In this document: in pieces, positions 11,048 to 23,797 of the stretch | How the letters are laid out: the number at the start of each line of letters is the position of its first letter | Numbering within the stretch: position 1 is the first letter of the stretch | NCBI GenBank assembly: GCA_026025075.1 | Contig: JAPEUI010000002.1 | Coordinates: 310,001 to 374,000 of the forward strand | DNA from: Vezdaea acicularis | Taxonomy: Eukaryota | Length of the DNA: 64,000 bases | Reading direction: 5' to 3' | The notes under the pieces: model-generated | What the model was told of the DNA's origin: nothing | Seen by the model: the letters and a program-made list of their open reading frames with translations, nothing else | The model's database searches: none | Position numbers and translations under genes: made by a program

Positions 11048-14000
11048 ATGGTCCGGCTTAGAGAAATTCCAAGAACAGCAGCGTTTGCCTGGTCGCCAGG
11101 CACAGGCTTGCCTTTGATTGCTACAGGCACTCGTGCAGGGGCTGTTGATGCCGACTTCTCGGACGAGACCAAGTTAGAGCTCTGGAATCTCTATCTGGAG
11201 AACCCAGAGCAAGGGGTAGAGCTGAGCCCTGTTAAGAGTATCAAGACCGACTCAAGGTATGTCAAACGTCAGCATTAATGATTGCGATACTGATAATCTG
11301 AACTAGATTCCATGATATTGCTTGGGGCCGAATAAACAATCAGCACCCCTGGGGCGTTATTGCTGGAGCATTAGAAAATGGATCTCTGGATCTCTGGGAT
11401 GTGGATGCGCTTCTGAAGGGCTCTGAGTAATTTTCTCGAAGAGAGTGTTTGATAGCATGCTGATCGTGTAACAGCGACTCATTCTTGTCGAGGACTACCA
11501 AACACAGCGGGGCAATCAAGTCATTACAATTCAATCCATTCAAGCCAGAGCTACTTGCGACTGCTGGAGCAAAGGGCGAGGTATGGACTGGAGTGTGAGA
11601 CTGCGGAAGATTCCCACACTTACATGGCGTAGATCTTCATCTCTGACCTGAATAATGTTGACAATCCATTTCGATTAGGCGGGAGCGCTGCGCGAGCGGA
11701 TGACTTCGATGCGTTAGACTGGAACAAGAAGGTTGCTCACATTTTAGCCACTGGTTCAAGTGGTGGTTTTGTGACTGTGTGGGACGTCCGCGCAAAGAAA
11801 GAAAACTTAACTTTGAACAATTCTGGGAGAAAGGCCGTCAGCGCGATCGCGTGGGACCCGGAGCAGGTAGGTTGGCGCCCGAGCAAGAAACGTGACACTG
11901 TGACGGTCTGCTCTGCTAATACAAAATCAGTCGACCAAACTTATCACCGCGGTGCCGGATGATACGAATCCATTGATCTTAGTCTGGGACCTACGGAATT
12001 CCCAAGCTCCGGAGAAGACACTCAAAGGTCACGATCAAGGCGTCCTTTCTTTGTCTTGGTGTCAACAGGACAGTAACCTCTTATTATCATGCGGAAAGGA
12101 TAATCGCACGATATGCTGGAACCCTCGAACAGGTCAGCCTTACGGCGACTTCCCAGTAGTTACGAATTGGACATTCCAGACATCGTGGAACCCTCGGAAT
12201 CCTAGCATGCTTGCAACCGCATCATTTGACGGCAAGATAGCGATTCAAACAATCCAGAATACAAATTCCTCTGCAAAGGAAAGTGCAGGTGCTCAGAAGC
12301 AGGCACTCGACGACGAAGACTTCTTCAACAACGCCCAAACGCAACCACAAGGAGCTTCCTTTAGCTTACCAGTGCCACCCAGATGGCTTGAACGACCCGT
12401 AGGAGTCTCTTTTGGATTTGGTGGCAAAGTCGTTAGCTTTGGACTGGTAGAACCAAATGTACGGAAGTCTAAGATACAAATTAGTCAATTCGAGGTCGAT
12501 GCAAGCGTGGGGGAAGCCACTGAAGGGTTTGAGAAAGCGCTCCAAGAAGGTAACCTTGCCGGATTTTGTGATACTCAAATCGCGGAAGCAAAGACCGATG
12601 AGGAGAAATCAGACTGGAAAGTGATCAAGGCCTTGACGTTGGCCGATCCAAAAAAGGAGCTGGTGAGCTATCTAGGATTCTCGTTCTTGAACGAGGAAGC
12701 CTCGAGTGATGCGGCGATACCATTGACTAATGAAGGCGAGGAAGAGCTATCTTCAGGCGAGGCTCTCAAAGGAATCAATGGAGGGAACAAGTCAAATCGT
12801 CTATCGTCGTTTTTCGATAAGAGCGGCGAGGATACCTTTCTTTCTGATCTTGCCGCAACGAAAGAAGCAAAAACAAATAACCCTTTCAAGATCTATACTG
12901 GCACCGAGACTGGTCCTGACAAGCAAATCACTAGAGCCCTGCTGACAGGTAGCTTTGAGAGTGCACTGGAGACGTGTCTCAAGAAAGATAGAATGTCTGA
13001 TGCATTCATGATTGCCATATGTGGTGGACCAAAGTGTATCGAAAAGGCCCAAACTGCTTATTTCAACAAGAAATCTGAAGGCCCTAACTATCTTCGTTTG
13101 CTTGCTTCTATCGCAGGCAAGAATATGTGGGATGTTGTGCATAATGCAGATCTAAAGGACTGGAAAGAGACTATGGCCATGATCTGCACCTACGCCAAAC
13201 AAAGCGAGTTTGCAGACCTCTGTGAAGCACTAGGCGACCGCCTTGAAGATGGAGTTGAGCTGGCCAGCCAAAGTTCAGACCTTCGTAAGAACGCCTCATT
13301 TTGCTACCTTGCTGGCTCAAAACTTGAGAAAGTCGTTAGCATTTGGATACAAGAGCTTAAAGAAATTGAGGAATCTGGAGTTCAGGACGGCACAGATGAT
13401 TCAGCCTTTTCCATACACACTAAGTCACTGCAGGACTTGATCGAAAAGGTGACCATTTTCCGTCAAGTCACGGGATTCAAAGATACAGAGCGCAGTCAGA
13501 CATCTGGCTGGAAACTTGCTCCGCTATACGACAAATATACTGAATATGCGGATGTCGTTGCAGCACATGGAAAACTCGACATCGCAGAGAAATATCTGGA
13601 TTTAGTTCCTGCGCAGTTCCCTGCGGCTGAGGTCGCAAGGAATCGAGTCAAGCAAGCTTCGCGGAAGGCTGCCCCACAGACATCCTTGAGACAGCCAACA
13701 TCAGCATCTCGAGCGCCTCAAAGAGTCCAGCCTCTAGCAGGAGGCTACCAAGCTCCACTTCCGGCAGCGCCAGCTGCACCAGCTGTGTCAAATCCATATG
13801 CCCCTCAAACAATAAATCAGCCCCAAAATCCATATGCTTCTGCAAATGCAAGTCCATATACCCCGGCAGGCTATCAGGCTCCACAGCAAGCCGCAGCTCC
13901 GCCACAACCATACGGTGGATATTCACAGCCCTCAAATCCAAAAGCATTTGGTATTCCCCCACCGCCTAGAGCAGGAGCCTCATCACCAAGTATACCGCCA

Positions 14001-15113
14001 CCTTCGAAGGCGACTAACATGACGAACTGGAACGATACGCCTATTGTAACCAAACCACCAACATCTAGACGAGGCACTCCGAGCACAGGATATGGACCGC
14101 CGGCCACTGGATACCCTGGGCATCAAGGCACTCCAGGGCCGTACTCTCAAATTCCACCAGCTACGGCTTACAGCATGCCACAACGAACCACTTCACCACT
14201 GCCGCCTCCTCCGAAGGGATCGGCTCCCCCTCGAGTAAGCTCGCCCCTAGTAAGCAGTGGATATCCGCCTCAACAACCAGAACGGCCGCCCTCTACCACT
14301 GCTACGAATGCGTACGCCCCACCAGTATCTGCTGCAGGGCACCTTTCTGGCAACGTACCGCAGATACCCCGTGGCCCATCGCCATACAACCCTCCACCGT
14401 CAGCTCCTCCGCCATCAAATCGCTATGCCCCAACTCCAACTCAAGAATACGCGCCTTCCGCACAACCTGGCCCGCCCCCACCTCAGGGCCGTCCCTCAAA
14501 TGCATACGCTCCACCTCAAGCGCAACAAGTCGGGCAACAATACCCGTCTAATTCTTATGCACCAAGCGCTCCGCCTTCACAACCGAGACAACTTCCACCG
14601 CAAGGGCCACCACAAGCCCAAGCTCCGGTATCTAGGCCTGGAACTGCACAGTCCCAACTGAGCAACAGCACACCTACTCAGCCCGCCCCGGCGCCAAAGC
14701 ACCCTGCTGGTGATCGATCACATATATCGAGCACCGCACAACCGATTTACCATATCCTTGACACCGAGTTGCAGAGAGTCAGTGCACGAGCGCCTCCCTC
14801 GTTCAAACCCAAGGTCGAAGATGTTGCCAAGCGGCTGAACATACTTTTTGACCATCTAAACAATGACGACCTCCTGCAGCCAGGCACGGTCAATCGCATG
14901 CTGGAGCTTTCACGAGCAGTAGAATCGAAAGATTTCGATTTAGCTTCGGCTATCCAAGTTGACATACATACGGAGAAGCCGGAGGAGTGCCGTTTGTGGA
15001 TGGTGAGTGACTGTTTCCCCTCAGTGACTATTTAGCAGCTGGAAATCCAATCGCTGACCATGTCAAAGGCGGGTGTGAAACGTCTACTTTTGATGGGGAA
15101 AGCAACCCCCTAG
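11048..15113 (+). CDS. SEC31: COPII outer coat protein Sec31
   Basis: [17 protein letters not shown] start, WD40 repeats, alpha-solenoid, long Pro-rich region, C-terminal helical domain ending [16 protein letters not shown]; four 5' introns plus intron 15003-15068. Confidence 0.96.
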
Positions 15114-15538
15114 TTTACGTAGCCGTACCTTCGGCCCCATTGCATGAATACAACTGCTTCCTGCATCGCTCGACGATGTGCACATGTTTAAACGCTTAAG
15201 TGACTAGAATTGTGATGTTTGGTACACCCGACATTTTTTGCCCGTGTTCTGACCGGCGTTCTATCGATAAGAAAGACTCCATAAGCTCATAGCTATGCGC
15301 AAGCGTCATATACAAACAAAGGGCTAAATATAATATTTGTCGAATACTCCGAGTAGCTTAGTACACGTCTGAAATTCTCCATTTTGATTGGCGCGTAAAT
15401 TCCTTCGGTTGTTTCTGCTATGCGTAAAGTTCCCGACCTTAAACTTCAACCCAATGCATCGTTCAAGCTCGTCCTAAGCTCTCCACTGCTACAAACACTT
15501 CTCTAGGAGCTAATTGCATCCTGATACAACTCTGCGAT

Positions 15539-16589
15539 ATGGAGGCCCCTTCGGTTCCCTCCTCCTCTTCGCCTCCCACCCCGACTTCGAGCGCTGCTGA
15601 ACAAGCCCGTCTCCGCAAAGAACGCCGCGAAGCTAAGATACGAGCTGGCGGCTCCGCGCGATTGAGCAAAATCACTTCCATGAGCGGACGGGCTGCTGAG
15701 CCTGGTAGCCCTCCTTACCTCATTCCCTAGGCTCAGGAGGCATCCAAGCTAATGTCCCGGTTTAATAGCACCAACTCCAAGCACTGACGCCTTACCCTCC
15801 ACCGCCGCACCGAGCCTGCCTGACACTACCTCAGCCCCGGGACATGCAACAGCCCACGATGACCCTGAAGAAGTCGACATCAGCACGCACGCCCCCGCCT
15901 CTTCCCGCCGTGGTAATGACCCTCGAGAAGATATAGACGAGGCAACGCTACGCAGCATGATGCTCGACTTCCAGCGGCAGACGCAGGACTCGCCCTTCGC
16001 CCGCGGGCCGGGAACGGGGCCTGATACCGCGATGCCAATGCAAGGCCCAGGCGAGGACGACCCTATAATGCAGATGATGCAGCAGATGCTTGGTACTGGG
16101 GGTATGCCCGGTTTGCCTGGTATGCCAGGCGGCAACGATAGCCTCCCTCCAGGTATTGCGAGCATGCTGGGCCAGGGGAACGCGCAACCCGACGCTGTAG
16201 ACAACTATAGCTATATATGGCGCCTCGTTCATGCCCTCTTCGCCCTCATATTAGCGGTCTATGCAGCGAGCTCAACTGCTTTCAACGGGAGCAAAATTAG
16301 CCGCACGCTAAGCGTTGCAGGGGACGAGGCAAGGCTAGCAAGGACGGAGTTCTTCTGGATCTTCGCCACGTGCGAGCTGGTGCTACAAAGCTCGCGGTTC
16401 TTGTTGGAAAGGGGACGCACGCCAAAGGGAGGCTTGCTGATGGGACTTGCGAGGTTCCTGCCGCAGCCATATAGTGGGTATCTTGCGGTTTTGAGTAGGT
16501 ACAGCGTTATTTACACCACTGTCACTACGGATGCATTTGTCGTCGTCTTTGCGCTAGGGGTAGTAGCGTGGTGGAGAGGGCAAGTTTGA
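15539..16589 (+). CDS. GET2: GET complex subunit Get2 / CAML-like ER insertase
   Basis: AAEQARLRKERREAKIRAGGSARLSKIT N-terminal motif, disordered linker, three C-terminal hydrophobic segments; intron 15705-15768. Confidence 0.85.
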
Positions 16590-16664
16590 GCATGGAGCAT
16601 GAAGCGTCTATAGTTTGCTACAATGATACTATACAGTATTTACATGATATCTGATGTCTGATGT

Positions 16665-17432
16665 CTATGACGCCAACTTCCGCGCACCAGCCAACATGTT
16701 AGCCTTGTACTTCCGCCGCTCAAGCACTTCTCGCATTTGCCTACTATCCTCCTCGCTCCTTGCACGCTTCACAGCCAGCGCCTCCATCTCCGCCCTCTCG
16801 TCGGCCGACGGCTCGACTTGTACGGCATTCGTAGCTTTCATGAGCGCATCAAGAATCTCACTGTCTCTTTTGTTCTTCATATCGATCTCGACGACTTTAT
16901 CCGTGCTCGGCGCGTCTGTAGATGTCTTCGTCGTCGCGGCTGTAGATAGTGTCGGATCTGCAGTCGAAGCGACGGGCGCAACGACGTCCGAAGGGCTAGA
17001 AGGTGAGGCGAAATGGATTGATAATATAGACGGGCTGGCTTGGTCCTCTATCCTGTCGATAGTCATGGGTATGGCGGGGTTGTGGTATTTGAGGCGTGGG
17101 AGGCAGGAGCGCCAGAATTTCCTTCGAACATCTCATCAGTGGAAGCTAGGACGCAGATGGCTAGTGGTATACCGTGGACCCATGTGCCCGCCATTATACT
17201 TCTTTGCGAAGGTCAGGTGGAGCCGCTTTACATCGCGAGGGAGCGTTGCGGCGCCGGGACCGAAGCGTATGTCGAAGAGCTATTGGGAACGTGTCAGTAC
17301 GGTGAATGGGAGGTTGCCGTGTTAATTGACGTACTTTCTACAGGGTGAAACGTTAGCATCTCCTATCTAATATATTTGAGAGGGGCGCATTACGGTTTTC
17401 AGCTTCGTCATGCGCCGTATGACGGTCACCAT
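16665..17432 (-). CDS. MRP49: Mitochondrial large-subunit ribosomal protein Mrp49-like (L51/S25/CI-B8 fold), 4 exons including a 3-nt microexon
   Basis: Exons 17394-17432, 17335-17337, 17173-17279, 16665-17121 give MVTVIRRMTKLKT-K-LFDIRFGPGAATLPRDVKRLHLTFAKKYNGGHMGPRKFWRSCLPRLKYHNPAIPMTIDR... Confidence 0.85.
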
Positions 17433-18477
17433 TGCTATGATGGGGCTCCTATGGGAGCAATCGGGATGTGGACTTTTCGGAGTTTGTCCGGCGCGAGAAA
17501 GTTTCGAGACCGCGCTTCGGGAGTAGCCGAGCGGGATGGGCCAACGGTGCACTGATTCATTAGGACAGGGGGAGTTTTATGGAATGGAGAGTAACATATC
17601 CTATCATGTCTACAGATAGCCCGAGGGCAAATCACGTATTCTACTCAGAATTCCTTGCACGCTGGCCAGCGGTGATTTCTGAACCTCCATAACTTAGCGT
17701 ACCTTCCAACGCTTTTCGCCAATTCTATCTCGAAGCTATCCCGCTCATGTGGCAGTCCTTTTCGAAAAGGAAAGATCAGTTGGAAGACTTACAGGACGAT
17801 CTGTAAAGGGTCTGCCAACCACGGCAGAGTCGGCGAAATGATTATAGCGCCTAGCCAGAGGAGTCCCCTCCATGCCGCAATCTCCAAAAAGGGGAAACAC
17901 AAGGAGTACCCCTCAAGGCAAAAGTCGATGTTCAGGACCAGGTCCACGATCTGCAGGTAAATGGATATCATTTTCGTTTTCTGTTGTTTCATTTTACTGT
18001 AGAACCTGGAGTGATGGCCCTGGACAAGGGGCCCCATTTGGAGGGTTTTTATAACCTGTGATGTTGTGTTTGTGGAGTTCAGTAGGTGGATCAGTACACC
18101 TTTGAGGCATGAACAACTCAATAATCTGATCAGCGTTTTATTCCGGCTCGCATAATTCGAGAGGTTGATAAAGGCGATGCTGAGACTTAGATAGTCCAAG
18201 CCGTGAATGAAACAGGTGCTTTAGTAGCATCGTTCAACGATAATGAAACTTTTCCTGTAACTTTTTTGGCTTGTTCCCTCATACGATTGATAACAACCCC
18301 CTCACGCTCCATCAGCCTGACTACTCCTCCAAACCATAAATGCAATGCATGCAGTAATCAAAGGGCCAAGTATGCGATGCAGTAGACCATACCTAATAGC
18401 AGGAGCTTCCAGAAAGATAGGAAAAGATATTCCAAAGGAGTGCTCGGACATTTAGAAATTGATTCTTTTCAGGGTGC

Positions 18478-19228
18478 TTAAACACCCTCACTCGCCAACC
18501 CCAAGTCAATTCCAATCTCCTTCTTTACTAGGTCCACCAACCTTGTTCCATCCCGGAGATAAACCCATTCTCCGCGACCACTACCTTCCTTTTCATGCTG
18601 ACCCTCACCACTAACAACGTAGTCGTAGCGCTTGGGTCCCGATAGTGGAGAGCTAAGCCAGATCTGCTTGTTAGGGGGCTGCTTGTTTAGAACATAGGTC
18701 CCATGCGGCGGAAAGAGAAGCGTGAGGACGCCAGCCTATTGGTGTAAGTCAAAAGAGTCTTGGAGCAGGGTATAGAGGAAATGGACACCGGGGCAATTTG
18801 GGTAAGCCAGTGAGCAAGAGCAAGGAACTTACGCTATACTCAACATCGCAGTCCTCTCTTTCTTCGCAGACTTCTTCCAGCCTGTTAAGCAGACCTTCAA
18901 AGAAAATTTCTGAGAGCTCCTGAAACTCTTCGACTGTGACTTCGGCTGCCTCCGTGGCGCTGTTGTGGGGCTCTCGAGGCGTGGGTTCCGGGTTCGATGT
19001 TTCAGGTCTAATGCCCTGGAACGTGGGGGCTGACACGTGGAGATGGCGTGTGAGGCTATGGCTAGAGTTCTCGCGTGATTTCGGGGTTGTAACAACAGCA
19101 CTGCCGCGTAAGGAGCTGGATTCAATATAGCTCGAGCTAGTAAATGTGGCGCGGGCCGTAGGAATGCAAGAAGGGCGTTTCAAGCATCGTCGAGCAATTG
19201 CTGAAGACGAGGAGGGTTTGAAAAGCAT
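18478..19228 (-). CDS. YFH1: Frataxin (mitochondrial iron chaperone)
   Basis: Arg/Ser-rich presequence, acidic helix, then after intron 18736-18832 [44 protein letters not shown] frataxin signature. Confidence 0.95.
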
Positions 19229-19673
19229 CTTAGAAGCTGTGGCAATGACGAAACAGGAGACAACGCCCTTGTCAGAAAGTTATGGAGAGTTGTACGATGA
19301 GGAGCTCGCAATTATGGATAGAAGACGAGCTTAAGAGATGGATCGTTAACCTTTGTCGGTTAATCTTAAGGCGCAGAACGCCAAGATGACGCAATACGTC
19401 AGCTGTGTCTTGCAAAGGCGTAGAGGATTAGAATCAATAGGTTTAGAATCCTAAGAGCGTTTTTTGGAGTTTCACGTATTGGATCGCAGTGTTTCTGTTG
19501 AGTAATGGGCTTGGCCTCATGATGCCGAATAGTCCGGGGTACTGCAGGGTTTAAGCGCCAAAGGCGGTGAAGGGGGTTTAGGCGATTTCATTGGATGATC
19601 AACCCTTGGCTCGCATCATGCTTCAAGGAACGTACAGCGAATCTAGGTTACAGAGCATCTTGAGATCTTCAAG

Positions 19674-20307
19674 ATGATAAATGCGGTACTCGTGTTCAAC
19701 AGTTCGGGAGAGCCCCGGCTAACGAAGTTTTATACCCAATTGGTACCCTAGACAGCGCAATCTACCTGGGGAGGACTATTACTAATTCAAGTAGGAAACC
19801 AGCGTCCAGCAACGCCTGATATCAGAGATCTTCGCACTGGTTTCCCCACGGCCCAACTCAGCCTGTAATTTCCTCCCTCTTCCGCCGCTCCTTGCTTCCT
19901 CCTCGCGTTCAACCTCAGCCTCCGAACCCCACAATGATACGCCTTCGATTGTGACTTATCGACGCTATGCGACCCTATGCTTCATCATGATCTCAACCTC
20001 TACAGAATCACCACTCGCATTGATTGACCTGATCCACGTGTTTGTGGAAGCGCTTGATAAGCTGTTTGATCCCGTGAGAGAGTATGACCTGATCTTCAAC
20101 TTCGAGACGTTCCACGCAACTCTGGCAGAGATGATTGTAGGAGGGATCGTGGTAGAAACGAACAGGGACGCCGTGATTGCCGGGGTGAAGAGTCAGGGAG
20201 TAGTGGTCAAGAGACCAGTCAACAATGGTGGAACAACCAGGGGGGGAGGGGTGGGCAGGTTGGGCAACTTTAGGGTTGCCGGTGATATGGTATGGAGTGG
20301 AAGATGA
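19674..20307 (+). CDS. APS3: AP-3 adaptor complex sigma subunit
   Basis: MINAVLVFNSSGEPRLTKFYTQL, intron 19743-19794, then YRRYATLCF...LIDLIHVFVEALDKLF...DLIFNF...EMIVGGIVVETN. Confidence 0.92.
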
Positions 20308-21378
20308 CATACGAGTTTACTTGCATTGGGGGAGTGACAATTACACATTCGGAGTTCTGCATCATTGAGCAGCTGTTATTCATTAAGGCTCAGTGGATGT
20401 ACGGAAGTGCTAAAGCATTAAACCTAGCCAACCATGGTAGTGTCCAATGTAACATATCTTCCATTGCACCGGAGCATATACCAACATATAAAGAAGACTC
20501 TATGCATTGGTGATCATCATTCACTACAGCCATTTGATCTGAATAGCATAAGCCACGCATGTGCAGCTAAGGCTAAAACCTTTGGCACTCTGTTCGATGA
20601 AGTATTCCGTCCAAAAGGGTACTAAAGATACAGCACCTCTCATTTCGTATAGGCTGCATCATAGCTTGTCACGTGCGTTCTAGTGGTTTTGCAGGTTTGA
20701 GCACTCAACGACGTCTTGTTCGTGCGGGAAGATCAACCGACAATGCCCCAGAATTATAAGTTTCTCGTGAGCCATTTGCGCTCTGCTTCACAGCCCTGAA
20801 GCTCCGCCCTCCGTCTACAAGAGTCCAACCTGACAAATTCGCATGGGCCATGTTAGCATAGGGAGCTCTTGAGGCAACGCAGATCGTCCCGTGATGTGCA
20901 TCTTGACGTGATACGCAAACTCATCTTGAAAGCTGGAAGACTGTTTGAGCTGCGCTGTAGGGCAGGAGCACAAGTCTTGTCACCCTCCTTGCCAGAGTAT
21001 TATTAACAGAGGCGGCATGGACGATGATCATCGTGTAGACGAGTCTCTAATGTCCATTGAGTGTCGGGTGAGGATGTCTTTAGATATTCCTGATAAGGCG
21101 GCCCCTATCCATGAAAGCGCTAAGCCCTCGCTATCAGGGGCTCCACACATTCAGGTGGTTTGACGCTAAGCGGACGCGAAAGCCTTGTCTTACAGGGGCT
21201 GTGGCAATCGCGAGGGAGGTTTTCGACATAGCGCGGCAGAAACATCCAGCCCGACCCCTCCTGTTGGGCTGTGAATCGAGTCCTCCCTAATACGGACATG
21301 TTCGAGACTTCATAAGGCCAATAGCCCCATCAGTTCGTGTTGCATCTCCTTCTCCTCTTTCTCGCAGATAGATTCAAC

Positions 21379-22725
21379 ATGATGGCGCTTCTTGCGTTCA
21401 TATTGGCACCGGTTGCTCTTTTCGCGTGCGTTTCTGCCGCGGCGTATGTTCCAGGGAAGGCTTTCGACCGGTTCATCACAATTTGGTTGGAGAATCAGGT
21501 ATGCAGTACCTCTGATTCCGGGGTTAATTAAACGGTGGGCTGACGGTTCCCATAGGATTTCTTCAAATCAACAATGAACCCAGATCTCAAGAACCTGACC
21601 GAGCAGGGCATTCTACTGACATCATTCTACGCCCTCACACACCCGTCACAACCCAACTACATTGCTTCTGTCGGCGGAGACTATTTCGGGCTGAACAATG
21701 ACAGTGACGTGGAGATACCGAGTAATGTCTCCACTGTTGTCGATTTGTTCGACACCCAGGGGATTGCGTGGAAAGAATACCTCGAGGGTATCCCCTCTGC
21801 GGGCTTTGAAGGGACAGGCGCAAATGCTCCGGGAGGCAAGCTTGAATATGTCAGGAAGCACAAGTATGTTGCTAATTCTTTTGGTGTTCACTCTCAATAC
21901 TAATGCCTTGCTTTCTTCAGTCCCTTGATCAGCTTCCAAAGCGTTTCCAAGAATTCGACACGCATAAGTAATATACAATCATTTGACGATTTCAAGTCGG
22001 ATCTGGCTAGCCAGAGTCTACCGCAGTGGGCACATATGTCGCCTTCTATGACGGATGATGGCCATGATACCTCTCTCGCTTACGCGACGAATTGGTCAAG
22101 GACCTTCTTAACTCCACTCCTTCAGAACCCTTATTTCATGAACAATACTCTGATACTACTCACCTACGATGAAAGCGAAACATATTCACAGCCAAACAAG
22201 ATCGCCTCTATACTTCTTGGTGGAGCGATCTCCTCAGAACTGGCGAACACAACGGATGATACCTTCTATACCCATTATTCAGTACTCTCGACCCTTGAGA
22301 ATAACTGGGGTCTCCCCAACCTTGGGCGCTACGATGCTGGTTCAAACGTCTTTAGTCCTGTGGCCAACAAGACTCAGTATCAGAACCAGAAAGTGGATGC
22401 TTCTAAGCTTCTCCTGAATCAGAGCTACCCCGGCTTTCTCAATGCAAAGAACTATCTACCAATACCGCCCCCGAACCTATCGCTTATAGGGGCTGGAGGG
22501 AAAGGCGTTCTGTCATCAATCAATGATACCTGGTTCTCTGCAGCGGCAGACCATCTCCAAACGCCATACAACGGCACCGCTCAAGCTTACGACGGTTTCA
22601 AATCGCTACCAACGTATGCTACAGAGCCGGCGCCAACGACGACGAAGAAATCAGGCGCGGAGCAGGTCTCCCCAGCCATTGCGGCGCTTGTGATTGTCAT
22701 GTGTGCGGCGTTTGTTCTGCTTTAG
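21379..22725 (+). CDS. Secreted, probably GPI-anchored acid phosphatase (phosphoesterase family)
   Basis: Signal peptide, IWLENQD, THPSQPNY, RKHNP, DGHDT, TYDE, YTHYS motifs; C-terminal Thr-rich spacer plus hydrophobic tail; introns 21499-21555 and 21864-21920. Confidence 0.9.
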
Positions 22726-23797
22726 AATAGATGCGTTTAGGAAGCGGCGTTTAGGAGGATGCATATGACAGGTGTTTGCGGTTGGCTTCGATGGGATCTC
22801 GAGATGCATGGAGTCTGCATATCGGACTGTACGGCGTCGGTAGGTCGGCTTTGAGTTTCGAAGCACTGTTTCAGAGGGTTCATTGGGGCGCAAGGGGCAT
22901 TCTGGTCGGTCGTTTGCCTGTAGAGAATCATTATAAAACGTCGGAGAGTCTTGCAATTTCTGAAACTTCCAGAACGTCGTGCTTCGTCGATTTGCATGAT
23001 GGCTAAGGCGAATCCGGATTGGGCAGGCGGCAGACGTGGGCGAGTTCAGGGGTCCGGCTAAGCGAGATGCGGCCAAAAAGTTGTGTGACTGATAGTGGGA
23101 GCGAATGGCACAGAAGGATTTGCCGGACTGACACTGGACCAAGCTTAATCGTAGATCTACAGCGCCCCTCGACCCTCAGAGACATTTCGATTCTCCACTG
23201 GTACTCCGCCTCCTTAGTATTTTTTACCTTTCAATTCACTCTCCACATCTCCTTCGTGACTTTCTCTACGGCGGTAGACCCTCCGCGACGCTCTTTGCTA
23301 TATATCCCCATCACCTTCAACCTTTTTCATCCGGGTCCCTCGGTACCTTGCAGGAAGAGCCATAATTCTCTTCGGCACGGTCCGTTACTCCGGTCGAGCT
23401 AGGGCACGGTCATTGTCGCTGTCATAACAGTGTCGCAAGACGTCTGTAACATTCGTTAATCACCTGAGATCCGCCTTGCGATCCATGCTCCCTGTCGCGT
23501 CCGAGTTGTCCAGCCTTGACTTCTCGAGCTTCTTTTTCTCGGTACGCGCATTTCTTCCAGGAACCAGATGAAATTTTTCTCCGCACTTCTGTACAAAAGA
23601 CTTTTTCCCCTCGCGTTCGCAATACTACAATTGGTGTTTCGAGTGTGCACGCAACATTATCTAGACATCTGCTGATCTGTTCGCAGAAATACCTGTAATG
23701 CGCTCCCAACAACGTATCTTGTTCAGGAAGTGAACGGGTACCGCGACGACCAAATCAGTTCAACTCACTCCCTTCCACAGCTTGATTCAAGCCAGGC

